Shown: positions 9,282 to 19,586, numbered from the stretch's first letter. The stretch: 61,447 nucleotides of DNA from a virus (IMGVR_UViG_3300027902_000010:1-61447), one strand, 5' to 3'. Notes: a model not told the origin generated them from the letters alone. Made by a program: numbers and translations.

Positions 9282-10202
9282 CTATGGAACATATACAAAT
9301 TCATACCACCCCATATCAAGAACCTCTATACCGCTTACAGCAGCTATGTTTGATATGCGAAGTAAATATGGTGTATTTTGTTTCAAAATAAATTCATCGC
9401 CAGATTCTATGACATTCCCAGTCCTACCACCAACACCGCCTGAACCTGAGACATCTCGTGATATCAGTGTACCAGTCGTTGTAATTGACGGACCAGAATA
9501 TAAGGTCAATGCTGCCGTATTTCCACTATTTCTATCATTATTAAAACTGGCTATAGCTGATCCAGTTGACCCATACGTCGGAGTTTCATACATAACTATG
9601 GTCATTTCACAATCAGTTTCAGTATGATAACCAAAATGAATTCGTGTCGTGGTGTTCGGAGCTATCAGTAAGTAATCATAAGTTCCTGATGATGCTATAG
9701 TTTGTTGGTCTACTGCTCTATAGTGCTTACCTAAATGAATCATCATGTGGTCAATATCTATCGTCATTAAACCAGAGTTACCACTGGGGACAACTCTTAA
9801 AGCTCCAAGTAAATCAGTAGATAGTAATACTTCATTGCCTTCAGTATAAGTTGGTGAAGTAGCATTAGCTATTCCTACCAAAGCTCCAACATTATTAGTT
9901 GATGGGGCTGCATTATTATTTGTCTTGGTACCAACAACCGTCGCATTTAGGTTAGATGCTGTAGGCTGATATACTGTGGCCAACAGGTTCGCCTGATTTG
10001 ATTGAGTGACTACCACCGTACCCGTCTTCACATTCACCCATAAGCCATTCGTGGTGTCACCAATCATCGTATAATATTTTATGGGGCTTGTGGCGTCGAC
10101 CATACTGACAGCCATATTCCCCGATATAACTGAATACGAATATGGAATAAAAAATCCGAGAATTAGCAACAGTATCAAAACGGCAATTTTTAGATTTTTC
10201 AT
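9282..10202 (-). CDS. Signal-peptide-bearing beta-rich spike-like protein
   Basis: Hydrophobic N-terminal signal, T/N/S-rich stalk, beta-rich C-terminal domain; GAGGTG SD favours ATG at 10202. Confidence 0.55.
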   Translation of the reverse strand: MKNLKIAVLILLLILGFFIPYSYSVISGNMAVSMVDATSPIKYYTMIGDTTNGLWVNVKTGTVVVTQSNQANLLATVYQPTASNLNATVVGTKTNNNAAPSTNNVGALVGIANATSPTYTEGNEVLLSTDLLGALRVVPSGNSGLMTIDIDHMMIHLGKHYRAVDQQTIASSGTYDYLLIAPNTTTRIHFGYHTETDCEMTIVMYETPTYGSTGSAIASFNNDRNSGNTAALTLYSGPSITTTGTLISRDVSGSGGVGGRTGNVIESGDEFILKQNTPYLLRISNIAAVSGIEVLDMGWYEFVYVP

Positions 10203-10209
10203 ATTCACC

Positions 10210-10926
10210 TCAAAAAACGTCGGTATTACTTTCTTTAGATTTTCTCATAGTCAGCAATCGCTTACGTCTGGCCCCCGCCCCACCACCTAAAGCATAATTC
10301 TTTGGTAGCGGAATGTCGCTTACCACAACAGTCAATAATGCAGCGGTACCACCATTATAGGTTTCATCCATTTGTTTATAAGTATTTTTTATTCGTATCC
10401 AAGGTGGAGTATCATTAACAGCATCAACTGTCAACATTAGTATAAATGCGGTAGTTCCACCTGGATTAATTGCTGCAATACCATAAGGATTTAATGTAAA
10501 TGTCAAAACACCAGTATCACTGAAATTAAACTGATTTGCAATCATAGTGAATACGATGTTGCTCAAATCATGCGTATCTGGCGGCTGAACCATTAACCTT
10601 TTTGGATTAGCTTCAAGTAATGTCCATCCACCATCATATTCACTCATAAGTAAAAGATTACTTTGTTGACCAACTTTTAGTTGTACTGTAGCTGATGCTA
10701 TATACTTCCCAACAATCAATGCTGCAAGATTGGCAGTATTAAATCCAATTCTGGTTCTGTCCATGTAGTCGTATCCATTAAGGTTAGTACCTGCTAATAC
10801 TTGGTCTGATACACTCGGCGTACCAAATATCGTACCACTAGCCGCTCGCAAAGTAGGCCATGGCGTATTACTACCATAATTTCTTATCTGTTGACGAAAT
10901 GAACCATTATAAGTATAAGTCGGCAT
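10210..10926 (-). CDS. Beta-rich structural protein
   Basis: IASATVQLKV and jelly-roll/CBM-like strands, basic tail. Confidence 0.5.
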   Translation of the reverse strand: MPTYTYNGSFRQQIRNYGSNTPWPTLRAASGTIFGTPSVSDQVLAGTNLNGYDYMDRTRIGFNTANLAALIVGKYIASATVQLKVGQQSNLLLMSEYDGGWTLLEANPKRLMVQPPDTHDLSNIVFTMIANQFNFSDTGVLTFTLNPYGIAAINPGGTTAFILMLTVDAVNDTPPWIRIKNTYKQMDETYNGGTAALLTVVVSDIPLPKNYALGGGAGARRKRLLTMRKSKESNTDVF

Positions 10927-10935
10927 GGTGACACC

Positions 10936-11700
10936 TTACGATAATTCAATGACATTCACGACTATATTGGCTGACGTAGTGATACCCCAGAGTTCTGCAT
11001 TCTCCACCATGTAAAAATCTTTCGTTTGCCCTTCAAGTAATGGATATCCTGCATACGGGTTCACTCCAGCATTACCAATAAATACTGTGCTAGCCAGCCC
11101 AGCCGATGACCCACCCAGACCACCTTTGAGCACAAACCCAGCCGCCAATGTGCATGTCCCAGCTATTGTCCATCTCAAGGCAAACTGAGTCGTTACACCA
11201 AAGTTCCCGAGATTAGCATATATATCGCCATTCGCCGTTATACCCGCTGGAACTAAATCCTGGGTATCAATCCAAGCTCCATTTATTGGACTGATTACTT
11301 GAGCTATCACATTGAGCGTAGCACCAGCCACGTTCGACACATTGAGGAACAAATGCAAGGTGTCATAATTAGCTACACCTAGCGGAGTCACTTGCGAATT
11401 ACCCGCCACTGTAATGTTTGTGGGCGGAATATATATCCCAGATGACGTTAACCCAACGGATGGAGTTGGATTTACTATCGTGTACGCTCTATCTCTCGAT
11501 GCTCGAATAAGAAGCGTCGGTTGACTTGTAACAGTTACGGATCTTGCGGTAATGCCCTGAGTAATAATTCTCAACGACGCTAAACGATGTAAATCTTGCG
11601 CCATGGAATCCGAACTAGGTGGAACCGATCCCTCCAAACCGGTAGCCTCACCCTCTGGATGAAGATTTCTTATATCTGCTGGGACAAAGGGCCTAAGCAT
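10936..11700 (-). CDS. Putative vertex/spike protein
   Basis: Beta-rich; VFIG...GYPL motif resembling VYIG...GFLL in 12575-13015; SD favours ATG at 11700. Confidence 0.5.
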   Translation of the reverse strand: MLRPFVPADIRNLHPEGEATGLEGSVPPSSDSMAQDLHRLASLRIITQGITARSVTVTSQPTLLIRASRDRAYTIVNPTPSVGLTSSGIYIPPTNITVAGNSQVTPLGVANYDTLHLFLNVSNVAGATLNVIAQVISPINGAWIDTQDLVPAGITANGDIYANLGNFGVTTQFALRWTIAGTCTLAAGFVLKGGLGGSSAGLASTVFIGNAGVNPYAGYPLLEGQTKDFYMVENAELWGITTSANIVVNVIELS

Positions 11701-11713
11701 AGCCGCACCTCGA

Positions 11714-12529
11714 TTATCCGAATATCTTTTCACCGATCAGATTGACGGATACGTTGTTCGTCGCACCGCTCAAATCTTGCATGGTGATGTTGATCACAGA
11801 TCCACGCTGCACCCATCTCGGCGCAGCTAAGACGTTCGGGAAAGCGCCACTTCCAAGAAGGTTATTATCATGAACGCCCGTATTCATCCACTGACGGTCA
11901 CGACCCATATCCTGAACAGTGATGAGCACCGCGCCAGTAGCCTGTCCAGTAATCTTCTTGCACACAAAATTACTGTCCTTGTCAGTAGAAATTGATACTG
12001 ACGCCGTCTGGTTCGCCGGAATCTGGTAAACTCCTTCAGGCTGAGAACTCGAACTCCGAGGTAGTGGATATACATACGTCACCTTGGTCGTTCCGGGCTT
12101 TTTCCATGGAGCAATGCCCGGCCTCAATTTCATGCCATGGAAAGTGAGATATATCGTCGGCGCGATGACCGCGTGCGTATTTGCCAACTCAACCGAGAAA
12201 GTTGTAGCCCGACGAATGATATAGCCAGTTGGCCATACATACGGTCTGAAGTCCTGCGCTCCAGAGTTGTCCAGATTTAGAGAACGACCAGCCACCGTTC
12301 TCAGGGGAGTGGCGGACTTCATAAGATACCGCCCCATTGTATCATCTTTGAACTTAATGAGGACGTCCGCATTGTCATTGGTGGAGAAATAGCTCGTCTT
12401 CAAAAACTGGAAGTCGGCGTCGCTATCAATCCGTATTTCCTGAGTTGTATACTGCATTCCAGAACCAACTGCCAATGCCGAAAACGTCGTGCTGTAGCAA
12501 AAATACTCACCCCATACCACATCTTCCAT
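11714..12529 (-). CDS. Tandem two-domain beta protein, putative jelly-roll capsid component
   Basis: Two homologous halves (IDSDADF..GR.LM..PY.WP..F.G.KL vs TDKDSNF..RQWMN..P.L..L.G.KI). Confidence 0.55.
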   Translation of the reverse strand: MEDVVWGEYFCYSTTFSALAVGSGMQYTTQEIRIDSDADFQFLKTSYFSTNDNADVLIKFKDDTMGRYLMKSATPLRTVAGRSLNLDNSGAQDFRPYVWPTGYIIRRATTFSVELANTHAVIAPTIYLTFHGMKLRPGIAPWKKPGTTKVTYVYPLPRSSSSQPEGVYQIPANQTASVSISTDKDSNFVCKKITGQATGAVLITVQDMGRDRQWMNTGVHDNNLLGSGAFPNVLAAPRWVQRGSVINITMQDLSGATNNVSVNLIGEKIFG

Positions 12530-12574
12530 ATCGTCCTCCTTTGGACTTACAAAAAGTAATTGGCAAGATTGCCG

Positions 12575-13015
12575 TTATTCTTCTATGAAGGCTATCACAC
12601 TTCCAGCCACATCATCGCTGATCCCATATAGAGCTCCCCAAGTCTTATCGAGTGTCAGCGACTCATAAGACCTCAGAAGAAATCCGGTAGTTGATGTTAC
12701 TCCATAACTACCTATATAGACATTCTTCGTACCAACATTACGAAGTGTAATTGACAGCCTACTCGGATTTGGAGAGATAATACCTCGTGGCTGAATATTA
12801 TCAACGAATACCTGCCCGCTGCTTATATCCTCACGGGCTGTGGTACGAATTGTCACGGTTGTATTGGCAAGCATCGCCAAGAATTTTTTGAACATGCTTT
12901 CTTTTTTTATGTCACTACGAGAAACGGTTACAGACTGACCCGCCACATTCGCACTAATCTCCGCCAAGTCAACTCCACCGCCTGGCAACCCAGTTGTTTC
13001 TGAGGTATTTTTCAT
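12575..13015 (-). CDS. Small beta-rich capsid-associated protein
   Basis: R.SITLRN.G..VYIG....GFLL pattern. Confidence 0.5.
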   Translation of the reverse strand: MKNTSETTGLPGGGVDLAEISANVAGQSVTVSRSDIKKESMFKKFLAMLANTTVTIRTTAREDISSGQVFVDNIQPRGIISPNPSRLSITLRNVGTKNVYIGSYGVTSTTGFLLRSYESLTLDKTWGALYGISDDVAGSVIAFIEE

Positions 13016-13032
13016 AGGTTCTCCCTATTCCT

Positions 13033-13065
13033 AAAATACCCTCTCCCTTATTTAAGGGGAGAGGG
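13033..13065 (-). terminator. Intrinsic terminator after the putative major capsid gene
   Basis: CCCTCTCCCTTA(13039-13050)/TAAGGGGAGAGGG(13053-13065) stem with one bulge, followed by TATTTT on the minus strand. Confidence 0.7.
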
Positions 13066-13105
13066 CGCTTACTCAACAAATGGATCGGATTAAATTGCTA
13101 CGCTA

Positions 13106-13783
13106 CTACGTCGGTCTCCTCATGAACGCATGGAGGACCAGGAGGATATCCACTTCCTGGTTGATCGTGACCGTGCCATCCCAGTTCATCGTCACTGCGA
13201 ACGATTCGAACGGGTTCAGCGTGATCGGAATGCCGAACTTATACATCGGGAACGGCGAAGCTCCCGACTGTCCAGTTGCGATCGACGTTGAAGCGTTGAT
13301 CGTGGTCGAGACCGCGAGATGTGGGTTCGACTCCGGAATAAGCGGCAACGGAAGTTGGAGGATCGGCTTGTCAATGATCTTGAAGTCAAGCCATCCGCCG
13401 TTTTTCAGGCGCATGATGTCATCACCGATCTTGCCAGTAGCCGCCGCGGTGTTGACGCTCTGCAACGGAATGAACACGATGCTGATACCAATAAACTGGT
13501 AGAGCTTCGTGGGAACGACACCTGAAGTATCCAGGTTCGTGTCACGCCTCGTCTTCACCTTGGAAGCCGTGGCACCGGCCGTGATCAGGTTTGCTGCCTG
13601 ACCAAGCTGCGTGCTGAAGAACGAGAGCTGCGAGGTTCCAGCCACCGGATACTCGACGCGGTCATACAGCGGCTGCGCCAAATCTTCCGGACGCTGAGGA
13701 TTCGTCACCGTATAGGTAGACGCCCGCATCGGATCCTGCTGTGGATATGCGACTTGTCTGGGCTGCACGTTATACTGAGGCAT
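13106..13783 (-). CDS. Putative major capsid protein (single jelly-roll-like)
   Basis: 225 aa, beta-rich (QPLYD..FF..DTNL..G), strong AAGGAG SD, C-ending codon bias, own terminator, follows an Arg-rich core-like gene; fold is inferred. Confidence 0.55.
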   Translation of the reverse strand: MPQYNVQPRQVAYPQQDPMRASTYTVTNPQRPEDLAQPLYDRVEYPVAGTSQLSFFSTQLGQAANLITAGATASKVKTRRDTNLDTSGVVPTKLYQFIGISIVFIPLQSVNTAAATGKIGDDIMRLKNGGWLDFKIIDKPILQLPLPLIPESNPHLAVSTTINASTSIATGQSGASPFPMYKFGIPITLNPFESFAVTMNWDGTVTINQEVDILLVLHAFMRRPT

Positions 13784-13871
13784 TGTGATACTCCTTTTCG
13801 TATCGGAGCCGTTGTTGACGGACGATACTATTAATGGTTAACGGCAATACAATCAAAACATCTGACTGCGA

Positions 13872-14612
13872 CTAACCTGCGACATTGTAGGCATCGTGAT
13901 ATGACGGCATTTCACCGAAGCCTTCAAGAACAGGCGATGACATCTGCGGGAATGCTTCCAGTCCCGACAGACCGACGCTGCTCAGAACTGGAGCAAGCAG
14001 ATCGGTAACGATGATCGCAGCCGACCCAATGACAAAGCCGTCTGCCGCTGGCTTGCTGATGAACCTATCAATCATATAGCCGCCGCCGATGATTGTAGCA
14101 AGCTTCACGCCGTAGTCCGCGATACCTCCTGGCGCCATCCCCGCCAGCTTAGGAATGTATCGTACTGCAACTGCACCCGCGGCACCGCCGAGGATCATCG
14201 GGAAGTAGCCCATAAATGTTCCCATGGGATTCCGACGATATCTGCGAGCCGGGTTACGTCTGTGATGCCGTTTCCGGTTCCGATGATGGACCCGGCGCTT
14301 TCCGAACAGTTTCATGTGAGACCTCCTGGGGTTCAGACCAACCAACATACCTTCGGCACCGAACGGGTTACGGCTCGTCCGACGTCTTCGACGAGAAGGA
14401 TTGAGCTTATGACCCGGCCGTGCAATTCTCGCAGCGGAACTGGTAAACCAGTGTCCCTTGCGACTATATACTACAGGACGATGCCTTGTTCCCTCACCAC
14501 CGAGGGCTTTTGCGCTTGGGGGGCGCCAGTGCGTGGTTAGCACGCGACGCTTGCTTGAACGACGCAAGCGTTTGGGTGGATTGATCAAAAACGGTTCTGA
14601 TACTTTGGCCAT
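13872..14612 (-). CDS. Arg-rich NP-motif core/membrane protein
   Basis: Arg/His-rich N-half with six NP motifs, then about three hydrophobic helices and LEGFG. Confidence 0.6.
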   Translation of the reverse strand: MAKVSEPFLINPPKRLRRSSKRRVLTTHWRPPSAKALGGEGTRHRPVVYSRKGHWFTSSAARIARPGHKLNPSRRRRRTSRNPFGAEGMLVGLNPRRSHMKLFGKRRVHHRNRKRHHRRNPARRYRRNPMGTFMGYFPMILGGAAGAVAVRYIPKLAGMAPGGIADYGVKLATIIGGGYMIDRFISKPAADGFVIGSAAIIVTDLLAPVLSSVGLSGLEAFPQMSSPVLEGFGEMPSYHDAYNVAG

Positions 14613-14649
14613 GATAGACCTCCTTTCTGAAAATATTTTACTTCTGAAA

Positions 14650-14829
14650 CTACATCTTATACGGGGCTACACCTTGCTTCATGTAGTCAGCCGTTGGCGT
14701 AGATGCGGGCAAAAAGCTTTGAGCTTGACTCTCCGCCGAAGTCAATAAATTCTGACGCTGCTCAGGCGTCATGTTCGCATACTTATATCCTAGATAAAAT
14801 GCGATAGCGGCAATAATGATTCTGTCCAT
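14650..14829 (-). CDS. Small protein with N-terminal TM (59 aa)
   Basis: MDRIIIAAIAFYLGYKY..., GGAGG SD. Confidence 0.6.
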   Translation of the reverse strand: MDRIIIAAIAFYLGYKYANMTPEQRQNLLTSAESQAQSFLPASTPTADYMKQGVAPYKM

Positions 14830-14830
14830 G

Positions 14831-15004
14831 CTACTTCCTCCCCTTGCTGGATAAAATCTTCGCTACAAACTTGTCAAGAAAAACCGACAAGCGCTTAGCT
14901 TCTCGATACTCCTTCACATCATAATCCTCGCGATCTCGAGCATATATGTCGAGAAGATCTGAAGCTCTCTGAAGCTTATTGATATCTTTCAGTGACGCTC
15001 TCAT
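14831..15004 (-). CDS. Small hypothetical protein (57 aa)
   Basis: MRASLKDINKL..., GGAGGTGG SD. Confidence 0.6.
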   Translation of the reverse strand: MRASLKDINKLQRASDLLDIYARDREDYDVKEYREAKRLSVFLDKFVAKILSSKGRK

Positions 15005-15013
15005 CACCACCTC

Positions 15014-15373
15014 CTATGTATACTCGGACATGAATTCACGCTTTGAAAACTTTCCGCCTTTTGCCTTGTACTTTTTCCAAGCAATCTCCGCCGCTTTCTT
15101 CTCAAGCTTATACAGTTCGTTGAACATCTTTTTTTCAACTACCATCGCTGACTTCATATCCATACCGAACACACGATACAACCAATTCGCAATATCCTTA
15201 GCGTCGGCTGGACGAAGTCGCTTTCCATTAGAGTATCTGACTTCAGCTATATCAAAATCTGCCACTGTATCATCCATGATTCCAACTGACCTATCAGCTG
15301 GATCAATACTAATATCTTTTATTACAAAAACATACTGTTTCCACTTGATTGATATAGGCCCTTTGACAATCAT
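15014..15373 (-). CDS. Hypothetical protein
   Basis: ORF; start chosen to avoid overlap with the upstream GT. Confidence 0.55.
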   Translation of the reverse strand: MIVKGPISIKWKQYVFVIKDISIDPADRSVGIMDDTVADFDIAEVRYSNGKRLRPADAKDIANWLYRVFGMDMKSAMVVEKKMFNELYKLEKKAAEIAWKKYKAKGGKFSKREFMSEYT

Positions 15374-15380
15374 GGCTACA

Positions 15381-16799
15381 TCACATTTTCTTGAATTTGT
15401 TCTTGATGAACTCCGCCTGCTTACCACTATCTTTATAAGCCTGCACAAACTTATCATCAATGATCGTCTCTCGACCGATGTGAGGAATTATGATATCAGA
15501 GTCACACCATATCTGCCATCCCTTCAGCCGAGCCTTAATACCGAAGCTAACGTCTTCACCCACACCTTCGCGCTCTCCTTTTAGATTGTAGCCGGTAGAC
15601 GTATCCCCATATTTGAACCATGGATAGTCAAGTGACTCAAAGACCTCACGCTTGACCAGGAGAAAGTAGCCGCCAGTTGCATCTACTTCAACCATACCCA
15701 TATTCAATACGTCGTATGGGTGAAGTGACTTCTCATCATGGTCTGCAAGAAAAACACATGGAGCATGGGGCTCGCCGCGCTGCCACGCAATACCAGCACA
15801 TATATCAACATCATGCTCGAGTAACCGTAAAGCGGCATCTCCATCGAACATTTGATCATCATCAATGAAAAGTACATGAGTGAAATCGGATTTCAACAGT
15901 GCCTTCACCATCTCATTTCTGTCTTCTGGATGACCACGAGCCACATGAAAAAATGGCTTCTGAACAGGCGTACCTTCCCACAACTTGAGCAATGATATCA
16001 CGTTTTGATAATGTATGTATTCAGTTCTTGTCAACAATCCAACCATCATCTTAATCGGCTCAGACGTAGTTACTCGAAGCATATTATCAATAGCGTCTTT
16101 TCCTATTCTCTCCTCAAGAATAAGACGCTGCTTCTCCTGGTACTCATGGAAAGCATCCGCCGAACCGAGCGTATCGATAAATCCTTTTTCACCTTCATGC
16201 TCTATCTTCACATCACGAGCAATCTTGAGCGTGAAGCCGAGTTGCAAGATACGATAGCAAAGTTCCAATTCCTCCTTATCGCCGAGACCGTATACCGCTG
16301 GAAGAACTTCACCCCATTTCTCCTTCACAGCACGGATAACATTCATATCAGCCAAAAAGAAGAGACCAAGTAGATATTTTACATCACAGTTGATAAACAT
16401 CTTTAAGTTGTATGACTGTGGCCCCATTGCAAATGAAATCATCGGACCTACTGCACCAACTTCTGGATCCTTGAATCTCCTCATCATATTCTCAAGCCAC
16501 TGCTTGCAAAACACTACGTCATTGTGACACGTCAAAGCATACGGCGTATCGCACATCGCATACCCTTTTTCAACAGCCGCGATATATCCAATATTCTCAG
16601 ACGTGTACTGATACTTCAGCTCGACGCCATGATCACGACAATACCACACCACCCATGATTCAGTATTGTCATCGCTCCCATTGTCAAAAAAGAGTACTTT
16701 GTACTTCGATGGATCAGTATGTTCAATCAAACTTTCAAATGCTTTCTCTGTCAACTTCTGTTGATTCCTGGCTACCATTATTATGGTTAGCTGTTTCAT
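15381..16799 (-). CDS. Two-domain glycosyltransferase (GT2 + GT-A-like)
   Basis: DNGSDD and HNDV in domain 1; LFIDDD and GEDVSF in domain 2. Confidence 0.9.
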   Translation of the reverse strand: MKQLTIIMVARNQQKLTEKAFESLIEHTDPSKYKVLFFDNGSDDNTESWVVWYCRDHGVELKYQYTSENIGYIAAVEKGYAMCDTPYALTCHNDVVFCKQWLENMMRRFKDPEVGAVGPMISFAMGPQSYNLKMFINCDVKYLLGLFFLADMNVIRAVKEKWGEVLPAVYGLGDKEELELCYRILQLGFTLKIARDVKIEHEGEKGFIDTLGSADAFHEYQEKQRLILEERIGKDAIDNMLRVTTSEPIKMMVGLLTRTEYIHYQNVISLLKLWEGTPVQKPFFHVARGHPEDRNEMVKALLKSDFTHVLFIDDDQMFDGDAALRLLEHDVDICAGIAWQRGEPHAPCVFLADHDEKSLHPYDVLNMGMVEVDATGGYFLLVKREVFESLDYPWFKYGDTSTGYNLKGEREGVGEDVSFGIKARLKGWQIWCDSDIIIPHIGRETIIDDKFVQAYKDSGKQAEFIKNKFKKM

Positions 16800-16816
16800 T
16801 CTTTATTCCCCCTATC

Positions 16817-17002
16817 CTAGTCGTTAAAGTCTGATGGCTTAAGATTCTTCAAGTGCTTCTTCAACAGCTTTATCGTATACTTCTCAAGAGACAAAGCATT
16901 GGGCAAATGGGCAAATTTCTCATACATGGTCTGTGCAAGTTCTTCAAGAACATATGATGCAATAGCGGCAGCATCTTTCTTTTGTTTTGCTGACATTGCC
17001 AT
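16817..17002 (-). CDS. Small basic hypothetical protein
   Basis: 61-aa ORF with GAGG SD. Confidence 0.6.
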   Translation of the reverse strand: MAMSAKQKKDAAAIASYVLEELAQTMYEKFAHLPNALSLEKYTIKLLKKHLKNLKPSDFND

Positions 17003-17011
17003 GACAACCTC

Positions 17012-17635
17012 CTATTTGATACAGATAATTTTCTCGTGGCCGATTCTTGTTCCTAATGAAACATTGATCGGTACTTCAATCTCCCGCAGCCGTAGACAGA
17101 AACTTACGTCTTCACCAAACTGAACGCCATTCATAGCGGTAACAAGATTGAATGGGAGATCGAGCGTATTCTCTCTCACTCGAGTATTCAACCACAGTCT
17201 ATCTCGGGCATCTGGATCACATAGGATCCTTATGATATTTCTTCGTATTCCTAAAAACGCTCCACCACAGATATCAACAATACGCTTAGGATTTATATTC
17301 CTTATTCCATTCGTCTTGTTATCATATTCATAGAGCGCATACTCTTTGTCACCAGTTTTACAGACACCCGTAACGACATCACCACCGTGGTTCATGAGAG
17401 CTTCTATATCTTTTCCATCAAATTCCATATCAGTGTCAATAAAGATAAGCCACTCCGCTTGAAGACGGAAAGCTTCGAGTATAGCAATGTTCCGGTTCTG
17501 TGAAATTGACACTCCTTGATAAAGCTTAGTTATTACCTGATGTCCACGTCGCTGCAAATAATGCTGAGCGTCTTCACGACACTCAATGAAATTTCTATTG
17601 ATAATATACCCGCAGGGAGACGCGATGAGTATCAT
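17012..17635 (-). CDS. GT-A-fold glycosyltransferase
   Basis: NRN...IFIDTD...GEDVSFC...GH; paralogous to domain 2 of 15381-16799. Confidence 0.85.
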   Translation of the reverse strand: MILIASPCGYIINRNFIECREDAQHYLQRRGHQVITKLYQGVSISQNRNIAILEAFRLQAEWLIFIDTDMEFDGKDIEALMNHGGDVVTGVCKTGDKEYALYEYDNKTNGIRNINPKRIVDICGGAFLGIRRNIIRILCDPDARDRLWLNTRVRENTLDLPFNLVTAMNGVQFGEDVSFCLRLREIEVPINVSLGTRIGHEKIICIK

Positions 17636-18249
17636 GCTTTCTCCAATTTCACTTCTTGTGGACGAGCAATCACACAGATCGAACCTGGATAATGGACAAG
17701 ACGAGACCCCGCGATCTCGAGTTCAGCAATCAACTGCTGGACTCCGTCATTCCCAATCGTCATATAGTCATGCCACATAATAACTTTCGGATCCATACTG
17801 ATCGCCAGCAGTGTATCATTCTTGACATGCTCATAGTCATGAGCCCCATCAATGAAAATAAAATCATGTGTCTCACAGCCACGAGCATACTTCATCGTAT
17901 CAGCAAAAACGAGATCGACAAATGTGTCTTTGAAGAAAGTTCCATATTCTTCTTTCGGACCGAGCCCATGATATCCGTGCTCGAAAGCAACATCCATATC
18001 TTTGTGAATATCAATACACTTCACACGCTCTATCCGATTATGCAGATATACGAGTAAGGCTGTATATCCCTTCCAAGTGCCGATCTCGAGAAATGTTCTC
18101 AAATCATACAGCTCGACACAGTTGATAATGGCTGTGTGATCATTCTTTATCGTAGACCACTGCGCCATCGGATAAGGACATCTAAATTTTCGATGAAACC
18201 ACTCCACATAATTTATTGCTGATAAACTTGGAGCCTCATGCTGTAACAT
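17632..18249 (-). CDS. Class I SAM-dependent methyltransferase
   Basis: LEIGTWKG, DFIFIDGAHDYEHVKND and WHDY motifs. Confidence 0.88.
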   Translation of the reverse strand: MLQHEAPSLSAINYVEWFHRKFRCPYPMAQWSTIKNDHTAIINCVELYDLRTFLEIGTWKGYTALLVYLHNRIERVKCIDIHKDMDVAFEHGYHGLGPKEEYGTFFKDTFVDLVFADTMKYARGCETHDFIFIDGAHDYEHVKNDTLLAISMDPKVIMWHDYMTIGNDGVQQLIAELEIAGSRLVHYPGSICVIARPQEVKLEKA

Positions 18250-18326
18250 ACTCTCTCCTTAATAGGTAGTAGTGAATTTCCGCCCTTCTCTGACAGGTGC
18301 AAATTCTAAGCGTCTTCGTCACCGAG

Positions 18327-18581
18327 CTACTTGATCAGTGAATGGAACGAGCCGACCGTTACGTCTACGTTGGGGATATTCGACGTCGCACCGATGGTAA
18401 TGGTGTTTGTATTCGCCAAGGTATAGAACATAGTACCCAGCGAGCTGTTCGAAGTCGTCCCGAACGCCGTGAGAATCACGACGGTTGGTGTGTAGCCAAG
18501 GCCATGGGTGTAGATGGTACCTGCCGTGGTTGTCACCGTAAATGCGAGTTGCTGTGACCAAAGAGCACCAAGAGTTGCCAT
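18327..18581 (-). CDS. Small Thr-rich beta structural protein
   Basis: HGLGYTP motif; codon usage like the putative MCP. Confidence 0.55.
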   Translation of the reverse strand: MATLGALWSQQLAFTVTTTAGTIYTHGLGYTPTVVILTAFGTTSNSSLGTMFYTLANTNTITIGATSNIPNVDVTVGSFHSLIK

Positions 18582-18650
18582 AGTATTATATCACTTCCTT
18601 TCTGACCGTTCTTCGCTTAACGGCGATACTAAGTCTTTTGATTTACCTCA

Positions 18651-18851
18651 TCATCTTCTTCGCAATGTGGGAACGTGATAAAGAGATCGTATGTAGTCAA
18701 CAACATCTTCAACACGTCGCATCATGATATTCCTATCTTTATCGGTCAGGTAGTTATCCCTGACCATTTGAAGCTTGGCATAAACTGGAGAGATGTGATT
18801 TATTATAACATCTTCCAACTCACGAACTTGATTATGAGTAAATGAAGACAT
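18651..18851 (-). CDS. Small hypothetical protein
   Basis: 66-aa ORF, TAGGAG stop/SD junction. Confidence 0.6.
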   Translation of the reverse strand: MSSFTHNQVRELEDVIINHISPVYAKLQMVRDNYLTDKDRNIMMRRVEDVVDYIRSLYHVPTLRRR

Positions 18852-18860
18852 GATCGTCTC

Positions 18861-19076
18861 CTATCCCTTATAATTATCTCCTATTGACGCCATATCAATC
18901 GGCGTCGGCTGATATAACATCGGAAGACCTGTCGCTGGCGGAAGACTCGTAGGCGACAATGCCGTATTTGTCCCAATAAACTTTTCATAGTATCTTGTAC
19001 TCGTTCCCCCACCCTTATTGGCGAGATAAAGACCCAGCCCAACTATTCCTAATAGTATCAACATATTCCTGTTCAT
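18861..19076 (-). CDS. Small membrane protein
   Basis: N-terminal TM LILLGIVGLGLYL. Confidence 0.65.
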   Translation of the reverse strand: MNRNMLILLGIVGLGLYLANKGGGTSTRYYEKFIGTNTALSPTSLPPATGLPMLYQPTPIDMASIGDNYKG

Positions 19077-19084
19077 AATTCCTC

Positions 19085-19357
19085 CTACGTCAATTTGATA
19101 GACACGGTGACTTCAACATATCTTGATTGACCAGTATTCTCTTCGCGAACCATGGGTCCCTTGAGTTCGTAGTACGACAAACCTTCTTTGTCAAAGAAAT
19201 TTATCAGTCTTGCCAGTATCGCTTCTGCTGCTGGATCTACGCTTTTGAAGTAATGTGTTCTTCCTCGATATGGGGGCATGTGGCTCCTCCTTGGTGATTC
19301 AAAGTCTACGCCTTCTCCGTCAGGCGAGTATAATATTGGATGATGTCGTTCGTTCAT
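19085..19357 (-). CDS. Hypothetical protein
   Basis: 90-aa ORF, ATGA overlap. Confidence 0.6.
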   Translation of the reverse strand: MNERHHPILYSPDGEGVDFESPRRSHMPPYRGRTHYFKSVDPAAEAILARLINFFDKEGLSYYELKGPMVREENTGQSRYVEVTVSIKLT

Positions 19358-19578
19358 CTTCGAGTACCTTCATTTTCATCATATTCAAAATGCTTCCACA
19401 AATCTTTTCCAGTGGTCGACTTGATAAGAAGACTTCCATCTGGAAGCCCATACACCTTCGCCTTTGACGTGAATGGATGCTTGAACCACTCACCAGGCCA
19501 CAGGGACTTCTTTCCCTTCTGCGCCCGCATTTCAATTACACGATCATATATTTCTACTGCACCTTTGGGCAGTTTCAT
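19354..19578 (-). CDS. Hypothetical protein
   Basis: MKLPKGAVEIY... after GGAG SD. Confidence 0.6.
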   Translation of the reverse strand: MKLPKGAVEIYDRVIEMRAQKGKKSLWPGEWFKHPFTSKAKVYGLPDGSLLIKSTTGKDLWKHFEYDENEGTRR

Positions 19579-19586
19579 AATATCTC

